The notes beneath the pieces are model-generated. The model did no database searches, was not told the origin of the DNA, and saw only the letters and a program-made list of their open reading frames with translations. Of a stretch of 64,000 nucleotides of DNA, positions 19,351-36,130 are shown in pieces (the stretch's first letter is position 1; the number at the start of each line of letters is the position of its first letter). A program made the translations under genes and the position numbers. This DNA is from the human T2T-CHM13v2.0 reference genome, Homo sapiens: NCBI RefSeq assembly GCF_009914755.1, contig NC_060937.1, one strand, 5' to 3'.

Positions 19351-19688
19351 ATAACAACTTGCCTTTCAATAACTCTTAATTTCTTTTATTTAGTCCTTAA
19401 GTACAAAATACATTTTGTGTGAAGTCATGATAAGCCTCTTTAAAGAGCAAGGTAGTTAAAGGTTTTGATCTCAGAGGAGGATACAAAGAAACAAAAAGCC
19501 GGGTCTTAAAGGCTTAAGAAGAAGGATCTGAGAAAAGTAGCAAAGGTGGGACTGAGACTGGTGTGTGTGTGAATGCACAGGGAAAATTTAGGGATTCTTT
19601 CCAGTCACAGAGTCCAGGATTCTAAGAAGTCTAGTCCATCCAGGAGCTCATGTGGGAAAGTGAGTGATGAGGTTGGATCAGATTTTGA

Positions 19689-19994
<306 letters not shown>

Positions 19995-20077
19995 TGAGGC
20001 CCTTTTTAAAAAAGACTGGATGTGCTATTAATGGGCAGAGGAGAGCTCTTAATTCCTTTGGAAGGTGAGCTAAGAGT

Positions 20078-20778
<701 letters not shown>

Positions 20779-21591
20779 ATCGAAAGTGGTCTTCCTACTT
20801 CCCTCCCTCCCTCCTTCTCTTTCAACAAATATTCTGAGATAGTGGGCCCTGTGTACAATGTAAAGATAGAGAGAAGACACCCTCATGGCCCCTGTCCTAG
20901 GGGAGCGAGATAACTCCTGCATTGTTCTGAGCTTCAGACTTTCATTTCCAGTTGGATATTAATTTTCCCAAAGCAGAATTCATTTTCTTTCATTTCAAAA
21001 CTCTCCTCTTCCTCCTTCCTCCATTTTTGTTATTGGCATCGCCCCATACCCAGTTGCTCAAGTTAGAAATCTCAGATTTGTTTTGACTCTCCTTTCACTC
21101 TCACTCCTTGTGTTGAAACTCTCATACTGTTCATCTACCAGCCTGATTGCACTGGAGTGGGTTGAGCCTGGATGTCAGGAGATCCAAGACAACCATAATA
21201 GGGGCTGTAGCCACGGGAGGGTGGCACCTTCAAGGAGAGCCTGTGCTAAAAAAGAGGGAGTAGCCAGGCCTCTAGTCAAGGTGGAAAAATCTCTTCTGTC
21301 AGTTGTGCCTCCAGAGCAAATGGGTATAGGTTTCTCTCCTTTTGTCCCACCTTTGGTCTTAGTTAGATCAAGGATCAGTTGCAATCAGGCAGGGTAGGTG
21401 CAGAGGAGGTTGCACCCACTTACAATTGTTAAAGACTTATTCTGACATCTTTTTTTCTGTAAAATTGAGACCAATTGCACACACTTTCCAGAAAGTGTTT
21501 AAAAACATCCCAGACAGATTTAGTTATATACAGTCAATTCAACTGTACTACATTTAGAGTATGTTATATCGTAACATGAATGAAGTATCCT

Positions 21592-21970
<379 letters not shown>

Positions 21971-22309
21971 TTAGAAGCTACCTACCATTCTTAGTTTTCC
22001 TTTTTCCATATTCTGAAGACAACTTATTTTCTTATTTAGCACTAGAAAAAGAGACAAGAGACTTGGGCTCAGAGCTGCTGCTAGTCTTTACCGAGCCTTA
22101 GTGCATATTAGAAGGTACCTTCTCTCTTGGTGGCAGCCCTGTGGGCAGACAGATGGATATATCCCAGACGGGTGGATTCTTATTCCAGAGAATATAGCTT
22201 GACCAAGAGCATGTGGTTTGGATTTTAGGCATAGCTGGCCTCCTTAGCCAGGCATCTTTGTACAGTGTGGAAAGCATACATCTGTTGTTGTGTCTCTCCT
22301 GGGGCTCTT

Positions 22310-22790
22310 GTATAGCTCTGCCATCAGCAACTTGTGTGACTTCATGTCTCCAGCCCTGGGTTTCCTCAATGTGGAGAAAAGAGAACTGTCTCTGGGGCCA
22401 GGATGCCTGGGTTGGAGTCTTCTAAGTCACAGTGTGACTTTCAGCTAATCTGTATCTCTGCAGGCCTTAATTTTCTGGTTTGGAAAATGGAGGTAAGTAA
22501 ATGAGAGACTCTCCAAGAATCTCCCAGCTTCAAAAAGCTTAGATGCTAATATGTTGCAGAAATCCCGGCATGGATTCAGAATCTTCAAGTTTCATTATAG
22601 GACTTGCTTTTTAATAGTCTTCCTGCATCTTCTTCCCCTTATTGCAACTCAGTCAATTAGTCAATTTCTCTGCATTTTAGTTTTGTTCTATTTGTCAAAT
22701 GGAGATAATAAGAGATGCCTTAGAGGGACTCAGGGAGGATAAACTAATTAATGGTCATAAAGTCCTAGTGTCCTTGAGCCTGCTAAGTGG
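22310..22790 (+). mobile_element. MIR fragments
   Basis: tgtgtgactt...tttcctcaatgtg and tgtcaaatggagataata MIR-core-like segments. Confidence 0.5.
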
Positions 22791-22975
22791 TCATGATTCT
22801 AAACAGATCTTTATAGCTTCTTGGCCGCTCACTGCTTTAGCATTAGACAGAACCATTTATTTTTTCTTATTTTTTAATTTTCATTATTGTTTCCTATAAA
22901 GGACAGCACCTTACAACATGATTTTTTTTTTTTAAATCAACATGACACATGGAAGCAATGGGAAGAAGCATATCA

Positions 22976-23533
<558 letters not shown>

Positions 23534-23695
23534 TTATGCCACTGAGATCCTGGCGAGCTCATTCAAAATACCAATTTAGTTTCTTTACTTGTTGATCTAA
23601 GTTATGTTCTGGGCAATTTGGGACTTTTGAGAAGCAGGAAAACATATTTCAGAATACAACATAAACATGAACCATTGACTACATCCATCCAGGCT

Positions 23696-23842
23696 TTATT
23701 TTTTTAAGTTAATTAATTTTTTTTTTCAAGATGGGGGTCTTGTTATGTCACCCAGCCTGGCCTCAAACTCCTGGGCTCAAGTAATCCTCCTGTCTGAGCC
23801 TCCTGAGTAGCTGGGACTACCAGCCTATGCCATCTCATCCTA
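23696..23842 (-). mobile_element. FLAM_A-like monomer
   Basis: Single antisense arm. Confidence 0.75.
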
Positions 23843-25121
23843 GGTTCTAGTTCTTCTTTGAAGCCTTTTAAAATGTTTTCAGTGGAAATTAATTCCTTCC
23901 TCCTGATATTTCCATATTGCTTTCTGAATTGTCATATATTAGAGCTATTTATATAATTACCCTGATAATAAAGTTTAATTTCCTCGATGTTAGAGAACCT
24001 ATGTTATTCATCTATCTGCAAGCTCCCTGAAGTGTCTAGAAACAACTTTCAATATAGAAAGTCTTCAACAACTACTTATAGAACTAAATCATGTTATTTT
24101 ATATAAAGAAAGAATATGGAAGAATTGAGTGACAGGATTTTACGATTTTGAGATTTTTGATTTTCTTGCATTTATCACTCAGATATATTTTACACCTTTT
24201 TTTTTTGTTTTGTTTTTCTTGGTTTAACATTATCTTTGGGGCCAGAATTCTCCTTTTGATGTAATGGCATGGGATTAGTTTATGTGGTAATCTAGTTATA
24301 TCAACTTGGAAGCAGAGAACAGTGACCTAGAAGGGAAAATGAGATGAAATTAATTTTGTTTGGGGCAAGGGATGGCTAGGTAGATTTAGAATGGAAGATG
24401 ACAGGTACTATGGCAGAGGTGGCAGAGGAAAAATTTGCTCTATGAGGTGACCCTGGGGCAGCTTCGATTCTGGTTATGTAACCCCTGACTCAGATAGGTC
24501 CTCTCTGTGAGTCTCTTGATATGGAGCAGATGAGGTCCCTGGCTGCCCTATGTCACAAAGAAGTTTCAAGAAATAAACACTGATTCTGTCTGTCTTATGA
24601 TTTGGTCTAACTTCGGATAATGATGTACACTGTCAGCAGATCCTTCTGCTGCAATTTTACCATGTAATTTGCTAAGGAATATTTACCTTTGCACTCAATG
24701 CATCCAGAAAGTAGAGATAGAAGGTTGTATTTTCATGCTCTTGCTAGGGTAAAGGAAAGTTTACTGACCTCAAAGCCATGTGTTTTTATCTTAGAGTGGG
24801 AAAATACACAGAATCAAAGAACTGAAGTGTTCTAGATCTGCCTCTGCCTCAAGAAGTTTCCTGGTTCCCCGTCTCATTTCACAAATGAGGATACGGAGGC
24901 CTAGAGGCTTAAACAATATGCCCAAGACAGCAAGACAGGGATCAGAGCCCAGGTTTCTGGCTCTGAGTCCTGGATATTACTTGCTATTTTTTCCCCATGT
25001 GGATATTACTTGCTATTTTTATGTGGTATTGTGTAGCTTAAATTCATACAGGTGAGTATATTTGTTTGAACTTATATTTCCCTTCATTCATTGTACCATA
25101 TACAATTTGATACAATTGAGC

Positions 25122-25579
<458 letters not shown>

Positions 25580-25837
25580 TGATACAATTGAACTTTATTG
25601 AGATTGCACTGGAGTCACTGTAGTAAGGGTATTAGGCTCCTTTTAGCCCAGAACCCATATGGCCACCCCTAGAAGTTTTAACTTAGTACATTTAGAAGCT
25701 AGCAAAGGATTTCTTAGAAAGACTTGTTAATATATAATACAAGCCATTTATTTTTTACTCTCATATCAGTAAGGAATGTTTATGTTGCAAGTATGTGAAC
25801 CTGACTGGTTTAAGCATAAACACGTTTAATTATTTCA

Positions 25838-26170
<333 letters not shown>

Positions 26171-26214
26171 TCAGCAAAAGTGCAACAATGTCTTCAAAGT
26201 CCAAGATTGTTTCA

Positions 26215-26426
26215 TTTCGTTTTTTGGGTTTGGTTTTTTGAGACAGGATATCACTCTGTCACCAAGACTGGAGTGCAGTGGCATGATCACACTGTGCCTG
26301 GCTAATTAAAAAAAAATTTTTTTTTGGTAGAGATGAGGTCTCTCTTTGCTGGTGAGGCTCAAGTGATCCTCCTGCCTCAGCCCCTCAAAGTGTTGGGATT
26401 ACAGGCATGAGCTACCATGCCTGGCC
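26215..26426 (-). mobile_element. AluJ with two internal deletions
   Basis: TSD aa(g/a)tccaagatt; both arms shortened. Confidence 0.8.
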
Positions 26427-26507
26427 AAAATCCAAGATTCTTTGTAAATTTCTGATCCAACATCCTCAGTATATTGGCATGCTGACTCATTGTCTCAAGA
26501 TGGTTGC

Positions 26508-28642
26508 CACAACTAACATTATACTGAATGGGCAAAAGCTGGAAGCATTTCCCTTGAAAACTGGAACAAGAGAAGAATGCCCCATCTCACCACTCCTATT
26601 CTACATAGCACTGGAAGTCCTAGCTGGAGCAATCAGGCAAGAGAAAGAAATAAAAGGCATCTAAATAGGAAGACAGGAAGTCAAACTCTCCCTGTTTGTA
26701 GATGATATGACTCTGTACCTAGAAAACCCCACAGTCTCTGCGCAAAAGCTCCTTGATCTGATAAACAACTTCAGCAAAGCTTCAGGATACAAAATCAATG
26801 TACAAAAATCCATAGCAGTTCTATACACTAACAACATCCATGCTGAGAGCCAAATCAAGAACACAACCCCATTCACGGTAGCCACAAGAAAAATAAAATA
26901 GCTAGAAATACAGCTAAAGGAGGAGGTAAAAGATCTCTGCAATGAGAATTACAAAATACTGCTCAAAGAAATCAGAGACGACACAAACAAACGGAAAAAC
27001 ATTCTATGTTCATGGATAGGAAGACTCAATATTGTTAAAATGGCCATACTGCCCAAAGCAATTTACAGATTCAATGCTATTTCTATCGAATTACCAGTGA
27101 TATTTTTCACAGAACTAGAAAAAACTATTTTAAGATTCATTTGGAACCAGAAAAGACCCCAAGTTAATCCTAACCGAAAAGAACAAAGCTGGAGACATCA
27201 CGTTACCCAACTTCAAACTATACTATAGGGGGCTACGGTAACCAAAACAGCATGGTACCGAGTACAAAAACAGACACGTAGACCAATGGAAAGAATAGAG
27301 AGCCCAGAAATAAGGCTGCACACCTACAACTATGATCTTTGACAATGCTGACAAAAACAAGCAATGGGGAATGGACTTCCTATTCAATAAATGGTGCCAG
27401 GCGAATGGCTAGTCATATGCAGAAGATTGAAACTGGACCCCTTCCTTATAAGTAAAAATCAACCCAAAAAGTATTAAAGACTTGAATATAAAACCTAAAA
27501 CTATAAAACCCTGGAGAATAACCTAGGAAATACCATTCTGGACATTGGATCTGGCAAATATTTCATGCCGAGGATGCCAAAAGCAATTGCAACAAAAACA
27601 AAAATTGATGAATGGGCCCTAATTAAATTAAAGAGCTTCTGCACAGCAAAAGAAACTATAAATATAGTAAATCGACAACCTATGGAATGGGGGAAAATAT
27701 CTGCAAACTATGCATCTGACAATGGTCTAGTATCCGAACCTATAAGGAACATAAACAAATTTGCTAGTAAAACCCAAAGAACCCCAATAAAAAGTGGGCA
27801 AAGGACATGAACAGACACTTTTCAAAAGAAGACATACATGTGGCCAATAAGCATATGAAAAAATTCTAAACCTCACTAATCATTAGAGAAATGCAAATCA
27901 AAACCACAATGAGATACCATCTCACACAGGTCAGAATGGCTATTATTAAAACGTCAAAAAATAACAATGCTGGCGAGGTTGTGAAGAAAAGGGAATGCTT
28001 ATACACTGCTGATAGGAATGTAAATTAGTTCAGCCATTGTGGAGAGAAGTTTGGCTATTTCTCAAAGAACTTAAAATAGAATTACCATTCAACCCAGCAA
28101 TCCCATTACTGGGTATATACCCAAAGGAATATAAATCATCCTACTACAAAGATACATGCACGCATATGTTCATTGCAGCATTATTCATAATAACAAAGAC
28201 ATGGGATCAACCTAAATGCCCATTAGTGGTAGACTGGATAAAAAAAATGTGGTACATATACACCATGGAATACTATGCAGCCACAAAAAAGAATAAGATC
28301 GTGTCCTTTGCAGCAACATGGATAGAACTGGAGGCCATTAACCTACACAAACTAATATAGGGACAGAAAACCAAATACTGCATGTTCTGACTTATAAGTG
28401 GGAGCTAAACTTTCAGTACATATGGACATAAAGAAAGGAAGAACATCTCTGGGCCTACTTGAGGGCAGAGGGAGAGGATCAAAACAACTACCTATTGAGT
28501 ACTATGCTAATATTATCAGTGTACCAGGGGTAATAATCATAGTAATGCAGATTATGGTAATACAGATTATTTTGCAACACACAATTTACCTATATAACAA
28601 ACCTACACATGTACCCCTGAACCTAGAAAAAAGAAAAAAAAA
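26508..28642 (+). mobile_element. 5'-truncated L1PA15/16-type element (degenerate ORF2 RT/C-terminus plus 3' UTR)
   Basis: ORF2 peptides [62 protein letters not shown]; frameshifts and stops; TSD aagatggttgc (26497-26507 / 28643-28653). Confidence 0.95.
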
Positions 28643-28728
28643 AAGATGGTTGCTTTGTTCCTGGGTATCACATCTGTATTCAAGGCAACAAGGGCAATGG
28701 GTCAGAACTAGTGACCCCGTTTCCCAAG

Positions 28729-28760
<32 letters not shown>

Positions 28761-29049
28761 GAGATGGAGTCTCCCTCTGTTGCTCAGGCTAGAGTGCAGT
28801 GGCACGATCTTGGTTCACTGCAACCTCTGCCTCCCAGGTTCAAATGATTCTCCTGCCTCAGCCTCCTGAGCAGCTGGGATTACAGGTGCAGGCCACCATG
28901 CCCAGCTAATTTTGAATTTTTTTAGAGACGGGGTTTCACCATGTTGGCCAGGTTGGTGTTAAACTCCTGACCTCAAGACCTCAAGTAATCTGCCCACCTT
29001 GGCCTCCCAAAGTGCTGGGATTACAGGAGTGAGCCACCGTGCCTCGCCC
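28729..29049 (-). mobile_element. AluS (Sz-like)
   Basis: TSD tgacc(cc/tt)gtttcc. Confidence 0.95.
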
Positions 29050-29487
29050 TGACCTTGTTTCCTTTTTATGAAGATAATAGATGTTTTTTTAGAAGCTTGT
29101 TCACTCCTTTTAGACTTCCACTTGCTTCTTATTGGTTAGATGTGTTCCATATGGGTATTCTTGTCTTAAAGGGGGCTGGAAAGAGTTACATAGCTTTTTT
29201 ACGTCTATATTAGATGTCAGAAAAAGAAGTATGCTGGCCATAAGTATTGAGTTAGCTATGCTCCAATATAAGGTTTCCCAGGAATAAGCATATACAACAA
29301 CTATGTAATTCTGTTTCGTTGCCTGGTCCGTCTTCCCTGATGGAGAAGTCAGAGGTAGGCTTCTCTCTCTGGTTAGACCCAAGAAATATACTGGCCTGTG
29401 GCAAATGTGTCCAAACTGAGGGACATGTCAATAGGCAGGGTGGGATCAAGACGTGGGTGAAAACGGGTCATCTAAAAGGGAGAAAGG

Positions 29488-30374
<887 letters not shown>

Positions 30375-30384
30375 AGAGAAAGGA

Positions 30385-30610
30385 AACTAAAGCAGTTAAG
30401 GTTATGGGCTGTGGACCAGATTGTTCTAAGCTTAAGTTCTGGCTCTGTCACTTCCTGACTAAGTGACTTCATCAAGTTATATAACCTTTCTAAGCCCCAG
30501 TTTCTTCATGAGTTAAGTGAGAATAATAATACCTTATTCATTAGGTTGCTGTGAGGAGCTATATTTATGAGTCACTGAGCATAGTCTCTGGGTCATAGTA
30601 AGTGTTCAAT
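30385..30610 (+). mobile_element. MIR
   Basis: ggctctgtcacttcctgactaagtgactt...cagtttcttcat. Confidence 0.75.
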
Positions 30611-30611
30611 A

Positions 30612-30688
30612 TTATCACCATCACCACCATCATCCTCACCATCACCATCATCATCATCATCATCCTCATCATTGTTATGGTCATCATC
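30612..30688. repeat. (CAT/CAC)n trinucleotide repeat
   Basis: Seen directly; lies at the MIR 3' end. Confidence 0.9.
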
Positions 30689-31449
30689 AAAACAGGAGGT
30701 GTTTGAAGTATAGGCATTAGAACTGATGTACAGCACAAATAAATACCAGAGCCTGAGGTATGAGAGTAGGTTATGTGGAAAAGCAAGACAATGAACAAGG
30801 AAATATATATTCTCCACAGTGATGGTGAGCTGCCTTTACTGAAAGGACTTCCTACTACCAGAGTATGAGTGACTCACATGCAGGGGGTGTATTTTAAGCC
30901 TTACTTTAAGGCTTAAACTTACCTTCTAGAAGGTGGCATACAGTATAGGACACCACAGTATGGCTATGGATGATGGAGGAGAGAAATGCTGGTAATGGGG
31001 CTCCAAGGAGTGGGGTGGGATTCTTTTGGTCATGCATCTTCTGCTAGGAGTCCAACAGGTCTATGAGAACCATTGCTCACAGAAGCCATAGAGCATTAGC
31101 TTCTCCCTTTGAACTTCTGTGACCTGCTTTGATTGTGTTTGTGTGTTCTATGAGTCACTGGGGATGCCCATTTGCAGTGCCCATTTATATAGCAGTAGCT
31201 TTAGATAGGGTGGGTATTTGGACTGACTGGCATGTAGCATAGTTCACAGGCCTGTGTGAATTTACGTTCATCAGTGGCTGGAATTTAAGTTCTTGTAAAG
31301 ATGCAAAATTTAAGTAGTTTTGACCCTCCTCTAGGGCTGGACAACATCTGACTACCAAAAAGATGGTATTTATCTGTATCAACAATTGTGAGTAGTTAGT
31401 TATATGGCTTCTGTCCCTCCCAGAAAAGACCTGATATGAATGGTAAATC

Positions 31450-31630
31450 AAACACATATGCTAGACACTGTTACTTATGTTAACTAACTTAATTTGCAAA
31501 ACAAGCCTTGTGAGGTAGGTGGAATGATTCTCCCTATTTTTACAGATGAGGTAACTGAGATCAAGAAACTTACAAGTTCATAAAGATGTCTGTTGTGTTG
31601 GAAAGGAGATGTGGCTAGGTCTAAACTTGT
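31450..31630 (-). mobile_element. MIR
   Basis: tttttacagatgaggtaactgag core. Confidence 0.7.
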
Positions 31631-32288
31631 GCCTCTTGACTTATGCTAAGGCCTGTGAGTTCAGATAGGCTAGAAAAATTGGTCTGTGGTTGTTCTTAGC
31701 TTGTTTCAGTCTAACTTTTGCATCAAGAAGTGGAGTTTAATGCAGCATGGAACCAGACTCTTCCTTCTATGATAGAGACAGGAAAAGAAGACGAACCCCT
31801 GTCTGGGCTTTTCCTGACACGCATTAGCCAATGACTTGTGCAAGGCTCCTCTTTGCCCTAAAAACACACACACGACAAAGTAACTGGCAGATGGGTGGAT
31901 CTCCCCTCCAGTTTGTAGGGTGTCAATTTTTAGAAATTCAACCTTGACGGAAAGATTTGAAGCGAGGGGATATTGTTGAGCAAAAAGTTAGGAAGATTGA
32001 ACCAGATCTTGTGAAGGATAATTGGAGAATGGTGGAGGAGGAAATCCCCAGCATTGGCAAAGATATGGAAGCAGAAAAGAAACTTACAGGGCATCAACAA
32101 TGAGCAATTCAATTTGACTGGAATATAAGGCGTTCAAAGTGAAAGTTGTGGAAGTAAGAGGGGTGGGTATATAGAATATGGAAGACTTTAAATACCAGGC
32201 CCAGGAGTATGAATTCTACTCAGTAGGCAATGAGGAGCCTATTAAATAAAATCTAAGCAAAAATTGGAGCCCTGAAGGAGAGGACAAC

Positions 32289-32594
<306 letters not shown>

Positions 32595-32928
32595 GAGGAC
32601 AACTTTTATTTCACTTACACACACCTCCATATAAAGTCAACTGGAGCTATTTATAACTGCATGACTTGTGATTGCCCACTGAAGACTGTGGCAGGGTATT
32701 TTATCCCCATTATTTTCTTACTGACCACCGCTATGTATCTGAAAGTAAGACCAAGGCAAAGAACTGTTAGGTACAACATAAATGAGTGGAGTTTATGTTT
32801 GCCAACTCTGAGGTCAGTTGGTTCATTTAACAAACATTTTTGAGCACCTTTTTAGGTACAGTAGATATAGCCATTAATGAATACAGTTTTAGGGGAAACG
32901 TTGGTTCTTGACTTTTATCTACTGTATA

Positions 32929-33381
32929 TCTTTTTTCTTATTTTTTTTTTGAGACAGAGTCTCACTCTTGTCACCCAGGCTGGAATGCAGTGGTGCGATC
33001 TTGGCTTACTGCAGCCTTCGCCTCCGGGGTTCAAGTGATTCTCCTGCCTCAGCCTCCTGAGTAGTTGGGACTACAGGCGTGTACCACCACGCCTGGCTAA
33101 TTTTTGTATTTTTAGTAGAGATGGGGTTTCGCCATGTTAGCCAGGCTGGTCTCGACCTCAAGTGATCTACCTGCCTTGGCCTCCCAAAGCGCTGGGATTA
33201 CAGGCGTGAGCCACCTCTCCTAGCCTTATTTTTAGATACAGGGTCTCAGTCTGTTGCCCAGGCTGGAGTGCAGTGGCGTGCTTATAGCTCACTACAGCTT
33301 CAAACTCCTGGGTTCCAGTGAGTCTCCTTTCTCAGTCTCCCAAGTAGCTTGGACTATAAGTGTGTGCCACTGCACTCAACT
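32929..33381 (-). mobile_element. AluS (32929-33225) followed by a FRAM/AluJ right arm (33226-33381)
   Basis: Adjacent antisense Alu sequences. Confidence 0.9.
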
Positions 33382-33449
33382 TCTATTGCATCGCTTATTG
33401 CCTCAATGTGTAACTTTTTGGATTTGATGCCTTTATAGTGCTCCTTATA

Positions 33450-34342
33450 AAGCCCCTGGTCTGAGCCGTCATTATCTCTTGCCTAACTCTTTTCATAACC
33501 TCTTAACTGGGCTTGTGGCTTTTATTCTTGAGACTATCCACACACAGAAGCCAGAACAATGTCATGAGAGCAGAAATCTGATCTCATCCCTCATCTTCAT
33601 AAAACCCTTCCATGGCTTCCATTACACTTAGATTAAAATCCAAATGTCTCTGCACCCCCACAATGTCCTGTGTGTTCCCAGCCCCGTCAAGACCTCTGAT
33701 CTTACTTCCTACCTCTCTCCTCGATTCACAATGCTCCATCCTCACTGGCTCCTGGATATTCCTTGAACACTCAGTGGATTCCTGCCCCTGGACCTTTACT
33801 CTTGCTGTTTCCTCTACTTGGAATGTTCTCCTACCAGATTCCAGCATGGCTGTGCCCTCCCCCACCCAATGCCACTCAGATCCCTGCTCAAATGTCAGCT
33901 CTTCCAGAGCCACCCTCCAACTAGCTGTCTTGACAGCACTCTACTACCTGAAATTAAACTTTTAATGATTTATTTGCTTTTTGTTTTCTTCTTGAGACAG
34001 AGTCTTGCTCTATTGCCCAGGCTGGAGTGCAGTGGTGTGATCGTGGCTCACTGTAGCCTCAACCTCCTGGGTTCCGGTGATCCTCTCACCTCAGCCTCCT
34101 GAGTAGCTGGAACTACAGGCACATGCCGCCATGTCTAGCTAGTGGTTTTTTTTTTTTTTTTTTTTTTGGTAGAGAAGGGATTTTGCTGTGTTGCATAGGC
34201 TGGTGTCTTGTTTATTTTGTGTATTGCTCATTAAAATGTAAGTTCTGTAAAGGGTATTTTGCCTACTTGTTCATTGTGCTATCTCCAGCACCTAGAACAC
34301 ACCTGGACAATAGCACGCAATAGGTATCCCTGAATGAATGAT
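33450..34342 (+). mobile_element. L2 3' part, with a truncated antisense AluJ at about 33968-34203
   Basis: aaaacccttccatggcttccattacactta, ctgctcaaatgtca, ends in tgaatgaatga. Confidence 0.8.
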
Positions 34343-35335
34343 GACTATTACTGGGACTTCCTTTACAACTTGGAAAGAAAGTGGTTTCATTATTCAAAAA
34401 AATGTAGTATCTACCTATACTTGTGTTCCTCATTTATCGCATCTCCACATTTGCCCCTTATGACTTTTGCAATTCCCAAATAAATGACATCCATTGTAGG
34501 CATATTAATGGCAGTCTGCAAGTAGCAAAGTTCATTTCTGATTTGAATTCTTTTGGCTGCTGTGAATAGTTTTTCTCTGGTTGTTAGTAATTAAAACAAA
34601 CAAGCAGAAAGACTTATATTATTCTATCTCATTGCCAAATTGGATATTGCTCAACTCAAAATTGAATGTACACACACCCATAAAACTAGCCAAACGGGCT
34701 ATTACAATTACATAAAGTTCCTTGTGTTCATTAGCAGTGTTGCCTTTCATGGGTTTATCCTGTTTGGCATATACATCAAAGTAACAGTCATAAAGACTTC
34801 TACAAAAATTTGGAGCATGTAGATGTGGAAAAATTTTTAAGATTTTTTTTGTTTTTTTTTTCCAGCTACATTGCAACAAAAGCATACCTTGTTATCATGA
34901 TAAAAAGCTTAAGGCACGACAGAGAAAAAATTCAGTATTTTGTCAAAGCTTGGTAATCTAAGCCCACGGCCAGAGTCACCTAAAAATGGCAGATATGATT
35001 CAGTTTTGTATTCTGCATTTTGGGAATTAGTGTCAGAATACCAGCCCTGATCTCTTTAGTGAATGATTCATTTACTAACGTGATTAACAATTCTGAGAGC
35101 CAGCCATGTTGGCCACTAATATCAGATTTTTAGAAGCTGCCTAGGTTTAATGGAATTGTGGGTATGTTGAATTGGGGTGGGAGGTCCTAAATCTGCTGTT
35201 CTGATTTGTAGTGGTTTTATTTGAACCCAGAGAATGAGCTTCTTATGATTTCCAAAGCAGCATATTTTCTCATGGGTGGTTCCTATTCATGAGAAAAATA
35301 AAATAATAACAGATAGTGGTTTGGGGAGTGTGTTG

Positions 35336-35369
<34 letters not shown>

Positions 35370-35600
35370 AGCTTCAGTTCATTGATCCAAAGGCATAGCT
35401 CTGTACCTTTTTGAATATAAGGAATTCAGAAAAATGGGGGCAGAAGGTCAGATTGAGTTTGTTATATTATTATTTGTTTACATGTCTGTGTCTTTCTTTT
35501 GTGTGTGTGGCAGGTGGGGGAGGGTTTCCAGTAAATATTGGAAAACCTGCTAGACAAATTTTAAAAGACCTGTAATAAGTATGTGTTTGTTTCTTTAAAA

Positions 35601-35605
<5 letters not shown>

Positions 35606-35639
<34 letters not shown>

Positions 35640-35742
35640 TCCCCTGTAGAGACAGGATCTCACTATGTTTCCCAGGCTGGTCTTGAACTCCTGGCCTCAA
35701 GCAATCCACCTGTCTCAGCCTCCCAAAGTGCTGGGATTAGAG
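35606..35742 (-). mobile_element. FLAM-like Alu monomer
   Basis: Long T tract plus antisense left arm. Confidence 0.8.
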
Positions 35743-35869
35743 CATGTGTGTGTGTGTCTAAGAGTAGACTATGAGCTTCTTGGTGGCAGAACCTTATTCA
35801 TGTTTCTTTCCCATTGTCTGGCATGGCACTGTGTGTAGCTTAGTAACAATGATGGTTGTGATGATGCTG

Positions 35870-36130
35870 ATAATGGCCTCTATTACTCAGCTTCCTGTAT
35901 GCCAGGCACTATGCTAACTGCTTTGCATACATTACCTTATTTAATTCTCATAACAATCCAGGTGGAAAGTAACAAACAGTATATTATGTCCATATGTTGT
36001 GAGGAAACTGAGGCTTAAAGATATTCATGGACATGACCATGGTCACACAGCTAGTGAAGTGTTGGACCTGGAATCTAAAACCATTTCTGTTCTTTGTCCC
36101 AAGCCCATGTTGTTTATTACTATGCTCTAT
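35870..36130 (-). mobile_element. MIR
   Basis: tgccaggcactatgcta...gaggaaactgaggct...ggtcacacagctagt. Confidence 0.8.

Noticed and set aside
26407-28360. Reverse-transcriptase-like ORFs
   Set aside because: Frameshifted pieces of a dead, 5'-truncated L1 ORF2
30565-30817. Poly-Met and poly-Asp ORFs
   Set aside because: Translation of the (CAT)n microsatellite
35339-35367. Orphan A29 tract (also T tracts near 38785, 47201 and 55923)
   Set aside because: No TSD or element remnant; simple homopolymer expansion suffices
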